Shown here one piece after another: positions 63,677 to 64,000 of a stretch of 64,000 nt of DNA. How positions within the stretch are numbered: position 1 is the first letter of the stretch; the number at the start of each line of letters is the position of its first letter. The translations under genes and the position numbers were made by a program. A model generated the notes under the pieces. The model saw only the letters and a program-made list of their open reading frames with translations, was not told the DNA's origin and searched no databases. Source of the DNA: Felis catus (Eukaryota); the NCBI RefSeq assembly GCF_018350175.1, contig NC_058368.1:60018001-60082000 (forward strand). Direction: 5' to 3'.

Positions 63677-64000
63677 AAAAAAGAATGAATGGGTCAACCA
63701 GGCAATTAGAGAAGAAATTAAAAGATACATGCAAACAAATGAAAATGAAAATGCAACAATCCAAACTCTTTGGGATATAGCAAAGGAAGTCTTAAGAGGA
63801 AAATACATTGCAATCCAGGCCTATCTCAAGAAACAAGAAAAATCCCAAATACAAAATCTAACTGCACACCAAAAGGAACTAGAAACAGAACAGCAAAGAC
63901 ACCCCAAACCCTGAAGAAGAGAAATAATAAAGATCAGAGCAGAAATAAACAATATAGAATCTAAAAAAACAGTAGATCAGATCAATGAAACCAAGAGTTG
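63677..64000 (+). mobile_element. L1 ORF2 fragment (just after the EN domain), runs off the window
   Basis: Encodes NENATIQTLWDIAKEVLRGKYIAIQAYLKKQEKSQIQNLTAH. Confidence 0.95.

Noticed and set aside
1..64000. A novel multi-gene system, CRISPR array, or prokaryote-style operon
   Set aside because: The DNA is eukaryotic and repeat-rich. The recurring ~200-bp repeats are dispersed SINEs, mostly with individual TSDs, not a repeat-spacer array. There is no cluster of credible genes.

Overview
This is AT-rich mammalian genomic DNA from a carnivore, almost certainly a felid, judged from about 31 tRNA-derived SINEC (Fc-type) copies and felid-type L1. It looks like a gene-poor intergenic region or a very large intron, and I cannot support any intact protein-coding gene. 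Main contents: (1) a processed ORMDL2 pseudogene on the minus strand (17.47-18.34 kb) that shares a triplicated target site with an adjacent SINE; (2) a full-length but mutated L1 on the minus strand (21.7-27.6 kb) with no recognisable target-site duplication (TSD); (3) many old solo LTRs (MLT1, MLT2, LTR40-like, MER21-like, ERV1-like) plus L2, MIR and L1M remnants; (4) several nested, fused or inverted retroposon structures, including a scrambled L1 complex at 61.9-64 kb. The best non-repeat candidates are a 57-nt minus-strand micro-exon-like segment (46136-46192) and a CTCF-like motif (35459-35477). Repeat family names come from my recall of consensus sequences, not from a database search. 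I found no evidence of a new multi-gene biological system.
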